Source: a virus | DNA: 64,000 nt | Direction: 5' to 3' (one strand) | IMG/VR virus record: IMGVR_UViG_3300020455_000014 | Span: 3,275 to 67,274 of that record | Shown here: positions 46,941 to 55,876 of the stretch, piece by piece | Position numbering within the stretch: position 1 is the first letter of the stretch | Layout: each line of letters starts with the position of its first letter | Notes under the pieces: generated by a model | What the model saw: only the letters and a program-made list of their open reading frames with translations | What the model was told of the DNA's origin: nothing | Databases searched by the model: none | Position numbers and translations under genes: made by a program

Positions 46941-48430
46941 TATGCAACCTCTTTCTGGTAGTGAGTGACTACCTTTTTCTCACTTACTGTGCTAACAAGG
47001 TCTAGTATCTTGTTGATCCATCTGTTGTACTGGCTACGCACTCTGGATCTTAGTTTTTGTTCACCAGAACCATCTGTCCAAGTTTCATCAATAGTACCTT
47101 GTTTGACATGACGTAAATCACTATCCAATACAAACATCTCCACAAGTGTAGGTCTTGCTTCATGTGATTGTTTTGTTATGACGTGTTCGATAAACTTACT
47201 TTTACCTTTCCAATCCCACCTATAACTATGATCTTTGAGTGTATCAATTTCTTCTTTAGTAGCATTTGGGTTTTGCCATAGTGTATAGTGTTCCATAAGT
47301 ATGGCTTGTCTATCTTGATATATGTGCCAGTTAACATGACCCTCATCATTCATACCACAATCAAGCAAAGGGTACATAGTCATGATGTACTCATAGAATT
47401 TATCCATGTGTGGTTTGATCCTAGCCTTACGAGTTTTGTTAACTTGGGTGCGTGGACTTTCAAATGTAAACGAGTTACCTGCTATCTTCCAACCGAGATG
47501 TTTACCTGATGCAGACACCACTCTTTCAAACAACAAATACTTGTTGTCATCTCTATCCATACCCCATGCGTTCCATCTGTTCATACCATGCTCATTATCG
47601 TTGGGATAGTAAACGTGTTTACACGAAGGGTTATAATCACTCTTGGGTAGAAAGTATTTACATTCGGGGTGATCCTCAAGATGTTTCCATATCTCTCCCC
47701 ACTCTATCCATCCCCCATACGTTCCATCTTCGACAGACCCTGCTTCTTTCGTGTGATTATCTATTACCTCTTTGTTTATGTTACATACATATTGTTTACC
47801 ATTCTGAACATGAAACATAAGGTCACTTGGTAACGTACACTCAAGAAAACAATAACGTCCTTGATGCCCACCACTACCAGAACCATTACGTACACGTAAG
47901 TATTCTTTACCATTCTTCCGATACCACATGATCGGTGCTAATTTTTCTATCTCATTAGCAGTTGGTACATGGGGTACATAATACTGTTTAGATGTAGTAT
48001 CTGTTACTGAAGTATCATACCATGACCACCATGATACACTATCCCAAGTACCATCATTGATAAGATACTTGTCATCATTTATTTTCATAATACGTTCCCA
48101 CTTTCTGTGCCTAGCACCAACAGGTCTGATATCTTGTTCTCTTGTGTGGTTCTTACTCACAACAGGTTTGACACTATTGTACATTTCTTCTACTTCTGCA
48201 AACGTATTTAGTCTTTGATCTATATATCTGTTCATTTTGTTTCTCCTTTTTTCTGAACGTTCTTCTCGTATTGATACCAGTTTTTGCATATACTGATGTA
48301 GTTCTGGGTGATCCTCAACATTCCATTCTTCACTGTAGTCATTGAGCCAAGGCTCACCCAATTTATTTTTGTTCATGTACTCCAACACATTTATTGTAAG
48401 TTGAGTTTCTTTAGATAACTTAGAGGTCAT
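46940..48430 (-). CDS. Hypothetical early protein (Trp/His-rich)
   Basis: 496 aa uninterrupted ORF overlapping the vWA gene end. Confidence 0.65.
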   Translation of the reverse strand: MTSKLSKETQLTINVLEYMNKNKLGEPWLNDYSEEWNVEDHPELHQYMQKLVSIREERSEKRRNKMNRYIDQRLNTFAEVEEMYNSVKPVVSKNHTREQDIRPVGARHRKWERIMKINDDKYLINDGTWDSVSWWSWYDTSVTDTTSKQYYVPHVPTANEIEKLAPIMWYRKNGKEYLRVRNGSGSGGHQGRYCFLECTLPSDLMFHVQNGKQYVCNINKEVIDNHTKEAGSVEDGTYGGWIEWGEIWKHLEDHPECKYFLPKSDYNPSCKHVYYPNDNEHGMNRWNAWGMDRDDNKYLLFERVVSASGKHLGWKIAGNSFTFESPRTQVNKTRKARIKPHMDKFYEYIMTMYPLLDCGMNDEGHVNWHIYQDRQAILMEHYTLWQNPNATKEEIDTLKDHSYRWDWKGKSKFIEHVITKQSHEARPTLVEMFVLDSDLRHVKQGTIDETWTDGSGEQKLRSRVRSQYNRWINKILDLVSTVSEKKVVTHYQKEVA

Positions 48431-49640
48431 ATGATTTCACATGAACATACTTACCAACACTAGGCACAACATCATTATCAATGATGCACCAAAGTATCGG
48501 ACAAGTCCATGCTCCCCAATCACCACCTAAGTAACCATCTGTTAACACGATACACGCTTGTGGCTTGATGGATTTCTCCGCCATGTACTGTGGTACACAC
48601 TCAACCATTGTACCACCTCCACCGTCTGGCTTTGTTGATTGTACAATGTTAGCTACCTCGTGTTGCTTGTACTCTTCGTCAGCACATACCTGCGTGTCCC
48701 AATAAAGTATACGCACAGTATCTGGTTTTACTGTGTCACATATACCTTTGACTTCGGATAAGAATATATTGAGTTCACGAGTACCTATACTACCAGACGT
48801 ATCAATGGCAAGCACTAACTCGTCAACCTTTTCCGATATACCACTAGGCATATAGATGTTTTGACCTATAAACCTACGATTAGGTCTATTCCATGTTGAG
48901 TAGTCCTTACCTCTGCAAGTGGTGGTAATAAACTCACGCAAGACTTGTTTCCAATCTATCTGTGGTTTGAGTAAGTCACCGAGTTCACGACTACCACCAC
49001 TACCAGTCTTACCTGCAACCATTGCACCTTGACGTATAGCTTCATCAAGATCACGAGCAAGTTCTTTCTTCTCTTCTGGTGTTAACTCGTCAGCACCCTT
49101 GTGGTCATGTATGTCAAAGCCATCAGGTAGTGAGCCACTACCTTTACCTCCACCTTTACCTCGTTTCTCTTTGTTTGGTAAGTCATGGTAAACTCTGGCA
49201 GTATCCCAACCCTCATACTTCTCGTCATAACAACCTTTCTCAAGTTCACCAGACATTGTGGCAAACCCATCTTCGTTGTCAGCGACAAGTTTGGTATTGA
49301 TAACCATGTCCATAGCTACGTTTGATCTCTCTGCATCATCTTGCACCAAGTGTTTCCATGTGGTGAGATGTTTATATAACTTGTGATAGTTCTCATGTAA
49401 TACAAGAAACCTAAGTTCTGCATCATTGAGTTTCTCAATAAAGTCACGATAGTACCACTCGTGTTTGCCATTGGTACACGCAGTATCACAACCCCCTTTC
49501 TCAAGAGGGTCGTTTATTATTTTACGATCACCAATCATCAGTATACCTGCAAGTGCAATATACTTCGGTGATCCCATGATATCAACAACGGCTTTACTTA
49601 GTCGTTGCTCAGGTGTTAGTTGTTTACCTATCTGTAACAT
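48420..49640 (-). CDS. Metallopeptidase-like + vWA domain protein (DUF2201-type)
   Basis: TACTNG, VLHENYH (HExxH), N.A.D..IN; C-terminal AIDTSGS, GGGGT and LTDG MIDAS motifs. Confidence 0.85.
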   Translation of the reverse strand: MLQIGKQLTPEQRLSKAVVDIMGSPKYIALAGILMIGDRKIINDPLEKGGCDTACTNGKHEWYYRDFIEKLNDAELRFLVLHENYHKLYKHLTTWKHLVQDDAERSNVAMDMVINTKLVADNEDGFATMSGELEKGCYDEKYEGWDTARVYHDLPNKEKRGKGGGKGSGSLPDGFDIHDHKGADELTPEEKKELARDLDEAIRQGAMVAGKTGSGGSRELGDLLKPQIDWKQVLREFITTTCRGKDYSTWNRPNRRFIGQNIYMPSGISEKVDELVLAIDTSGSIGTRELNIFLSEVKGICDTVKPDTVRILYWDTQVCADEEYKQHEVANIVQSTKPDGGGGTMVECVPQYMAEKSIKPQACIVLTDGYLGGDWGAWTCPILWCIIDNDVVPSVGKYVHVKSYDL

Positions 49641-49765
49641 GTTTTCATGTCCTCCTTTTGTGTTTTCTCCTGGGCTACCTCCTTGAGGTATTTGAGAGCC
49701 TTGATTACACGTCTCTTCTGACGCTTTTGATTAGCCATTACTCTTCTAAATTTACGTCCTCGCAT
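49628..49765 (-). CDS. Putative 45-aa Arg/Lys-rich protein (not in ORF track)
   Basis: MRGRKFRRVMANQKRQKRRVIKALKYLKEV...; GAGG RBS; fills the gap. Confidence 0.45.
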   Translation of the reverse strand: MRGRKFRRVMANQKRQKRRVIKALKYLKEVAQEKTQKEDMKTCYR

Positions 49766-49774
49766 TTAGTCCTC

Positions 49775-50872
49775 CTATTTTTTATCTGCTACAAACATAT
49801 AATTATTTTGCATAGCCCAATCGGTGAATTTCTTGTTGGTCATCACCATTGATCTCTTTGCATATTTCTCTGACCTCACACCATTGGCGAATAGACCTTG
49901 TGCTTCTTTATCAAGACGCAACATATAGTCTAGCCAGTTGTTGATCCAATCTTTCTCAAGGTTAGCAAGTGTACGATACACAACCATGACTACACCACTA
50001 GCAGTTGTTGGTACTTTGGCTGTCTTTGGTTCTTTCTTGATACTATCAAGACTTGGCAAGTCATCTGCTAGTTTAACAAATGCCATCAAGTCCATAGCAC
50101 CACGTTCACCTATTGAACCCATGAGTAAACTTGTTAGTGTGTGGTCATCAAACTGATCCCGTAACTTTACCCAATCACTTGCACACTCTAACGACCTCGG
50201 TGTAACAAAAGATGTTTGTGTTGCTTGTGGGTGAAAGATGTATGGATTATCTTCTGGTGTCTTTACATCTTCGAAAGTATGTAACAAGTGTGGATTGTCT
50301 TTGACCCAACCAAGTACAGTACTGTCCATGTCATTGTTGATACCCCATTCGATAAACTCCATGTGGTCTGGCTTGCGTACTTGTACAACAGTAATACGAT
50401 TGCGACCATGTGGTGGTATGATATCACCTACACCCTCTGTACCTAAGTTGGTAGTCGCAAATAATAAACTGTCTGGGTGCATTTCATAGCTACCTATCTT
50501 TCTCTCATAGATAAGACGTAACAAACCATTGAACACAGCAGGGTTAGCTTTACCAATCTCGTCAACCATCAGTATGATCGGAGTGTTTGCAAGATGTAAC
50601 CCAAGTTCTTCGTTGGTTGCAAATGTAACATAGTCGTTACCGTCTTTGTCTTTGAGTTTAGGTATCAACAAGTCACCTAAGTCTTTAGTTGTACAATCAA
50701 AGTAACAAGCCATGTAGTTTGGTAACAAGTTAGCAAGCATATATAATGTTGATGATTTACCCGTACCTATATGACCTTGCATCAATACAGTTCGTTTGTT
50801 ACCACCTGCAATGATTGCTTTTACACATTGATCTAAAGATAGTGCGTACATTGTTGTTGCTGAATTTGCCAT
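49775..50872 (-). CDS. MoxR-like AAA+ ATPase
   Basis: GHIGTGKS Walker A, LMVDEIGKA Walker B, ATTN sensor, NR finger, TPRS. Confidence 0.85.
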   Translation of the reverse strand: MANSATTMYALSLDQCVKAIIAGGNKRTVLMQGHIGTGKSSTLYMLANLLPNYMACYFDCTTKDLGDLLIPKLKDKDGNDYVTFATNEELGLHLANTPIILMVDEIGKANPAVFNGLLRLIYERKIGSYEMHPDSLLFATTNLGTEGVGDIIPPHGRNRITVVQVRKPDHMEFIEWGINNDMDSTVLGWVKDNPHLLHTFEDVKTPEDNPYIFHPQATQTSFVTPRSLECASDWVKLRDQFDDHTLTSLLMGSIGERGAMDLMAFVKLADDLPSLDSIKKEPKTAKVPTTASGVVMVVYRTLANLEKDWINNWLDYMLRLDKEAQGLFANGVRSEKYAKRSMVMTNKKFTDWAMQNNYMFVADKK

Positions 50873-50900
50873 TTTAGTTCTCCTTTATTTTTGGTTACAA

Positions 50901-51800
50901 TTATATATCAAGACTTGGCAATGCCTTGATTGCTTTATCTACGGCTTGTTTTGTTTGTTGCCGTAAATCACTGTCCTCGCGTAAAGCATCTGGTGTAACA
51001 CCTCGCAAGGCTTTATCTAAATTAGACTTCATTGATTTCATGTCTGCATTACCAGTAAGATTGAAGTGATCTAGTAGATCGACAACATCTGCAACATTGG
51101 TAACTAGTGTGTCACGAAATGTCTTTTTATCTTCGTCACCTGAATAATCTAGTCTTTCAGACATACGTGATAACACGTCATGTAATCTATGCCATGCAGT
51201 ATTCATAGATCTGGATAGTTGTTCCTCATAGAAAGACGCATACTGTTCTTGCACCTCTTTCAAACCCTCGTTACCAATATCAATACGAAAGTCACCACTC
51301 TCTGGTAATGGTATATAGTTCATTGACCATTTGAATTTTGATTTGATACTCTCAAGTGATGGATAGTTGTCTGCATGAAATAACGTGCCGAGTTTGTCCT
51401 TGGCATCTACAATAGATTGTTCATAGATAGCAAAGAAGTTATCACATAGTCTGTGAAACTCTTGTTGCAGTTCTGACATCTGCTTGTTGTATTTGAAATA
51501 TAAAGATGTGGGGATAAGTTGTAGTCCAGACTTGCTCCAAGGCAATGTCATTGCGTAATGTATGTTTCTAGCATTACTGACAAACTTTTTTATTGTATCA
51601 AGTTCTTGGCAATCACCTAGTAACTTCTTGTGTACATTTGCAATACCAATGTTAGCATTGTGAGTATTCGTTACTTCCTCTGATGCTTTCTTATCTAGCT
51701 TTCTGCCTTCCCACTTAGAGATGTTAACCTCTACCAACATAGCACTAGAGTTTAATGTTGGTGCAGTAATGTTCGCTAAAGATGTGTCTTGAATATTCAT
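50901..51800 (-). CDS. Hypothetical early protein (DUF3150-like, helical)
   Basis: ATG 51800 with AAGGAG RBS; AMLVEVNISKW...TLPW...YPS...DFR pattern; upstream of the AAA/vWA pair. Confidence 0.6.
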   Translation of the reverse strand: MNIQDTSLANITAPTLNSSAMLVEVNISKWEGRKLDKKASEEVTNTHNANIGIANVHKKLLGDCQELDTIKKFVSNARNIHYAMTLPWSKSGLQLIPTSLYFKYNKQMSELQQEFHRLCDNFFAIYEQSIVDAKDKLGTLFHADNYPSLESIKSKFKWSMNYIPLPESGDFRIDIGNEGLKEVQEQYASFYEEQLSRSMNTAWHRLHDVLSRMSERLDYSGDEDKKTFRDTLVTNVADVVDLLDHFNLTGNADMKSMKSNLDKALRGVTPDALREDSDLRQQTKQAVDKAIKALPSLDI

Positions 51801-51844
51801 TTGTGTTCTCCTTGTTAAATTGATACTTTTTTTATTATACATAC

Positions 51845-51873
51845 ATAGTAGCATATGTATCAGTTTGTGTCAA
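51845..51873 (-). promoter_or_regulatory. Strong sigma70-type early promoter
   Basis: TTGACA-17 bp-TACTAT with TG extension, 45 nt upstream of ATG 51800. Confidence 0.8.
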
Positions 51874-51930
51874 GTAATTTGGAGAGATATGTTTTGGTGT
51901 GTTTTGGTGGTATATTGTGGTGGATTGTGT

Positions 51931-52261
51931 AATGTTCCAAAATGATTTGTAATGTTCCCTTTTTTTTACGCGTAAGTTATTGATAATAAAGTAATGTTCC
52001 ATTGTTCCGTTTTTTTCAGAGAGTGTATGTCTGTGGAGATGATTTTGAAAGTGGAACATTAGAGAAAACCTTGAGGGTCGAAATCCTGCTAGATACATAT
52101 ATATTTTTAAAAAAGGAACATTATATATATAGTGATAAATATAGCACAAATCTTATGCACTAAACTTCACTGTTTACAACGATCTACTACGTTTAGTTAT
52201 TAAAACCTAATGTACCTTTTTGCAAAATAAAAATGGAACATTTGGAACATTGTGGAACATT
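51931..52261. repeat. Iteron-like octamer cluster (GGAACATT) with IHF site: putative replication origin
   Basis: AATGTTCC at 51931, 51951, 51993 (variant 52001); GGAACATT at 52053, 52115, 52235, 52244, 52254; TATCAAtaacTTA (minus) at 51973-51985. Confidence 0.7.
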
Positions 52262-52333
52262 AGCTTTTATAAAGGCTAAACACATGGTAACTTGTTAACA
52301 CGTGCTTCTTTAGGTAACAGCTGCAGCTGCACT

Positions 52334-52415
52334 CGACTCACAGCTACATTGATAACTGGTATCATATAACACGTTATACATGGGCGACTCACAGCTACAT
52401 TGATAACTGGTATCA
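52334..52415. repeat. 31-bp perfect direct repeat x2 containing TGATA-N5-TATCA palindrome
   Basis: cgactcacagctacattgataactggtatca at 52334-52364 and 52385-52415. Confidence 0.9.
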
Positions 52416-52422
52416 AAAGGAC

Positions 52423-52450
52423 AAAAAAAAGGAGGGTTTTTACACCCTCC
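52423..52450 (-). terminator. Intrinsic terminator of ORF 52458..53171
   Basis: GGAGGGU-guaaaa-ACCCUCC followed by U8. Confidence 0.85.
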
Positions 52451-52457
52451 GATTGTA

Positions 52458-53171
52458 TTATTTAGTAGATGGCTTAGCCTTTGGAGTAGCCAAGACATTT
52501 AATGCTTTAGCTACAAACTCACTAGCCTTAGCAACGTCAACGTATGCAGGAATTTCACCGTCAAGATTTTTTAATGCACCAGTCAACTTATCTGTTGCCT
52601 TTTGCAAATCTGTTTTACGGTCAGTATCTTTACCAGAAACACCGAGCAATTTAACAGCAATTCTTTTCATTGTTGCCATTTGGTTTTTTAAACCATCAAT
52701 TGCTTTTGATCCTTCACTAACTTGATGTTTGGTTAAGAATACAGATTGTTCTGTTTTATTCATACAGAAATAATCCCATAAACTAATGTCACATTCATTA
52801 GCAAACTGACCATAGTTTTCACATAGTGACTTCATAAAAGCAAAGTATTCTTCTGGCTTATACTTATCACCAAATTGTGTTTCAAGTTCATCAGCTTTAC
52901 CGTTAGCTATCATTGACATTGCGTAATTAACTTTAGTCTTATTATCTTTACGCGTAATTTTAGCTGGACTTAACATCATGTTATAGTTCTCAGTGGTAAG
53001 ATGACCATCTTTAATAAGGATAGCAATCTCTCGTGCCATCTTAGTTTGGCAGTCTTCAGACTTACCTTGATACCTTGCATCTTCACCTGATATAGTTAGT
53101 AGGTTATCCCATACTGAAGATAAAGAAGTAACACTGTCAGTAATAGATAAGTAATTTGAATTGATAGTCAT
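52458..53171 (-). CDS. Hypothetical protein (monocistronic, first leftward gene)
   Basis: 237 aa, GAAAGGA RBS, own promoter and terminator. Confidence 0.65.
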   Translation of the reverse strand: MTINSNYLSITDSVTSLSSVWDNLLTISGEDARYQGKSEDCQTKMAREIAILIKDGHLTTENYNMMLSPAKITRKDNKTKVNYAMSMIANGKADELETQFGDKYKPEEYFAFMKSLCENYGQFANECDISLWDYFCMNKTEQSVFLTKHQVSEGSKAIDGLKNQMATMKRIAVKLLGVSGKDTDRKTDLQKATDKLTGALKNLDGEIPAYVDVAKASEFVAKALNVLATPKAKPSTK

Positions 53172-53242
53172 AGTATAATCCTTTCAAGATTATTAACACA
53201 AGTCCCACAACAACAGTTATTGTTATTGCGTCTTGATAAGTT

Positions 53243-53272
53243 AATATAACCATATCTAATTGGATTAATCAA
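53243..53272 (-). promoter_or_regulatory. Sigma70-like leftward promoter
   Basis: TTGATT-18 bp-TATATT. Confidence 0.45.
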
Positions 53273-53379
53273 TAGATCTCAGCATCATATGGCATGACTT
53301 GTTATAGTTTATTAGCTTTTACCAAAGCTAAACAATCCTCGATAGCTAGACCATACCCTACCCCCATGACCCACTTTTT

Positions 53380-53409
53380 TTGACTTAGTAACATGCTCTT
53401 CTATATATT
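53380..53409 (+). promoter_or_regulatory. Sigma70-like rightward promoter (packaging operon)
   Basis: TTGACT-18 bp-TATATT in the divergent intergenic region. Confidence 0.4.
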
Positions 53410-53599
53410 ATTAATTTACACGAATAATTCTGTGTTTTTTGAGTTCTACACAGAAAGACCCCCCTATAGGAGTCCCAACTACTTTACAAATAAAAAATTT
53501 TTGGTATATATAGATATGTGTGGCCTCTTTAGTACAATAATAGATTCGGTTTCAACCCACCAGAGGTCACACACCAACGGTTAACAACCTGCGAAAAAG

Positions 53600-54298
53600 A
53601 TGACAATTAGAATAGAACCTGAATTAGGAATCGCTCTGGATAGCAGCTCACCGCCCCAAGATCTTAGGGAACGAGTGAAAGCCGCGGCTAATACAGCCAA
53701 GGAACTAGAAGATCACGGTCTAGATCTTGAGCCAAACAAAGAGGATAAAGATGTTACAGCTAGAATATCTGCGGTTTATTCTGGAGACCCAGAAGGAACG
53801 TCACGGAAAATAACAAATAAGAAGCTTTCAACGTTAAGACCCGCATCTTTAGTGTTGGCGGACAATGTTTTACAGGAATTTGGGCGGTCAGTTGTCGAAA
53901 ATTCTATGCAAATTCGGCATTTAGTAACCAATAAATTACTATTAGAGACAGATAACCCTGATCCGAGAGTTAGAATACGTGCTTTAGAGCTCTTAGGAAA
54001 GATATCTGACGTTGGATTATTTGCAGAAAAGTCAGAAGTAACAGTAACACACCAGTCAACAGACGATTTAAGAGAAAAATTACGTATGAAGCTGACAAAA
54101 TTGGTAAATCCAGAAGATGCTGTGGTTATAGACGGTAAATCTATAGATGTTGACGAAGAATTAGGGCTAAAAGAAGAAGATGAAGCTCCCAAAGAAGAGA
54201 AATCCGCAAGCTCACAGCTTAATAGCGAGACAATTCCAACAAAAAGTGATACAATTAAAGAACAAGATACTCCCAAGGAAGAAAAAGCACAAAAATAA
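53600..54298 (+). CDS. Putative terminase small subunit
   Basis: 232 aa directly upstream of and coupled to terL; RIRALELLGK helix motif; positional inference. Confidence 0.55.
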   Translation: MTIRIEPELGIALDSSSPPQDLRERVKAAANTAKELEDHGLDLEPNKEDKDVTARISAVYSGDPEGTSRKITNKKLSTLRPASLVLADNVLQEFGRSVVENSMQIRHLVTNKLLLETDNPDPRVRIRALELLGKISDVGLFAEKSEVTVTHQSTDDLREKLRMKLTKLVNPEDAVVIDGKSIDVDEELGLKEEDEAPKEEKSASSQLNSETIPTKSDTIKEQDTPKEEKAQK

Positions 54299-55863
54299 TG
54301 CCAGAAACAGCGACCAAGACGGATTTTGATTTTTCTGAGGCTGAAATTCAGCAAATGTTAGCTAATTTAGACGATTTTGACCATGATGAAGTGGAAGAAA
54401 TAGATAAATTAGTGGGTGAGCTATCTAAAAGAAAGCGTAATGAAGCTGCTTTTAATGATTTAATATCGTTTTGTAAGCATATGCAGTCCGATTATATAGC
54501 GGGTAGGCATCACAGATTACTTGCAAACATGTTAATGGACATAGAAAAAGGCGAAAAAGACAGAATTTGTGTAAATATACCCCCTAGACATGGTAAATCA
54601 CAGCTTGTTTCTATTATGTTCCCAGCTTGGTTTTTAGGGCGAAATCCTAATAAAAAGGTTATGATGGTGTCCCATACGACTGATTTAGCGGTGGACTTTG
54701 GTAGAAAAGTACGTAATTTGATTGCAACAGACGCTTATAAAGAGATATTTCCCACTGTGAGTTTAGCAGTAGACTCTAAATCAGCGGGTCGATGGAATAC
54801 AAATGTTGGAGGTGAATACTATGCCTGTGGAATCGGTTCATCTATTGCGGGTCGCGGTGCTGATTTGCTTCTTGTTGACGATCCTCACTCTGAACAAGAT
54901 GTCATCAACGGTAACTTTGAAATCTTTGAGAAGGCTTATGACTGGTTTACTTTTGGTGCACGTACACGTCTTATGCCTGGTGGGCGAGTAGCTATCATAC
55001 AAACGCGTTGGCACATGGATGATCTGACAGGTCGTGTGACAAAAGACATGGTACAGAACCAAGGTTCGGATCAGTATGAAGTTGTAGAGTTCCCTGCTAT
55101 ATTAAAAGTAGAGGATAAAAAGACTAAAGAAGAGGTAGAAAAACCGTTATGGCCTGCGTTTTTTGATTTACCAGCATTACACCGTACAAAAGCTTCTATG
55201 CCCGTGTTCCAGTGGAACGCACAGTATCAACAGCAACCAACCGCTGAAGAAGCGTCTATTATCAAACGAGAATGGTGGCAAATGTGGAAACAGGAGCAAC
55301 CTCCCGTATGTGATTACATTATTATGTCGTTAGACGCAGCTGCTGAAACACATAACAGAGCAGACTTTACAGCCCTCACAACATGGGGTGTTTTCTTAAA
55401 TGAAGACAAAAATGAGCATCATATTATACTTTTGAACAGTATAAAGAAGCGTTTAGAGTTTCCTGAACTAAAAGAACTGTCTATGGAAGAATACGATGAA
55501 TGGGAACCTGATTCGTTTATTGTGGAGAAAAAGAGTGCTGGAACGGCTATTTACCAAGAAATGCGTAGAATGGGAATACCTGTACAGGAATATACCCCCC
55601 ATAGAGGATCAGGAGATAAATTAGCCCGTTTAAATTCTGTTACAGATATAGTATCATCTGGTTTAGTATGGGCTCCAGAAACAAGATGGGCAGAAGAATT
55701 GATAGAAGAGGTTGCAGGATTTCCATTTATGAGTCATGATGACCTTGTGGACTCCATGGTTATGGCACTGATGAGATTTAGACAAGGTGGTTTTATTAGG
55801 TTGCCAAATGACGAAGCAGATGAGATAAGGTACTTTAGAAGAAAAAACAGCGGATATTATTAA
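54298..55863 (+). CDS. terL: Terminase large subunit
   Basis: PPRHGKS Walker A, LLVDDP Walker B, QTRWH, YQQ.P, RNase H-like SLD...D and HDDLVDS. Confidence 0.95.
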   Translation: MPETATKTDFDFSEAEIQQMLANLDDFDHDEVEEIDKLVGELSKRKRNEAAFNDLISFCKHMQSDYIAGRHHRLLANMLMDIEKGEKDRICVNIPPRHGKSQLVSIMFPAWFLGRNPNKKVMMVSHTTDLAVDFGRKVRNLIATDAYKEIFPTVSLAVDSKSAGRWNTNVGGEYYACGIGSSIAGRGADLLLVDDPHSEQDVINGNFEIFEKAYDWFTFGARTRLMPGGRVAIIQTRWHMDDLTGRVTKDMVQNQGSDQYEVVEFPAILKVEDKKTKEEVEKPLWPAFFDLPALHRTKASMPVFQWNAQYQQQPTAEEASIIKREWWQMWKQEQPPVCDYIIMSLDAAAETHNRADFTALTTWGVFLNEDKNEHHIILLNSIKKRLEFPELKELSMEEYDEWEPDSFIVEKKSAGTAIYQEMRRMGIPVQEYTPHRGSGDKLARLNSVTDIVSSGLVWAPETRWAEELIEEVAGFPFMSHDDLVDSMVMALMRFRQGGFIRLPNDEADEIRYFRRKNSGYY

Positions 55864-55876
55864 AAGGAAGTTACTA

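Noticed and set aside
52334-52415. Mini-CRISPR array
   Set aside because: Only two repeats with a 20-bp, self-palindromic spacer and no cas operon. The Cas4-like gene is a common stand-alone phage replication nuclease.
52310-52498. 62-aa minus-strand ORF with duplicated DTSYQCSCES
   Set aside because: It is a translation of the DNA repeat and crosses a terminator; no RBS.
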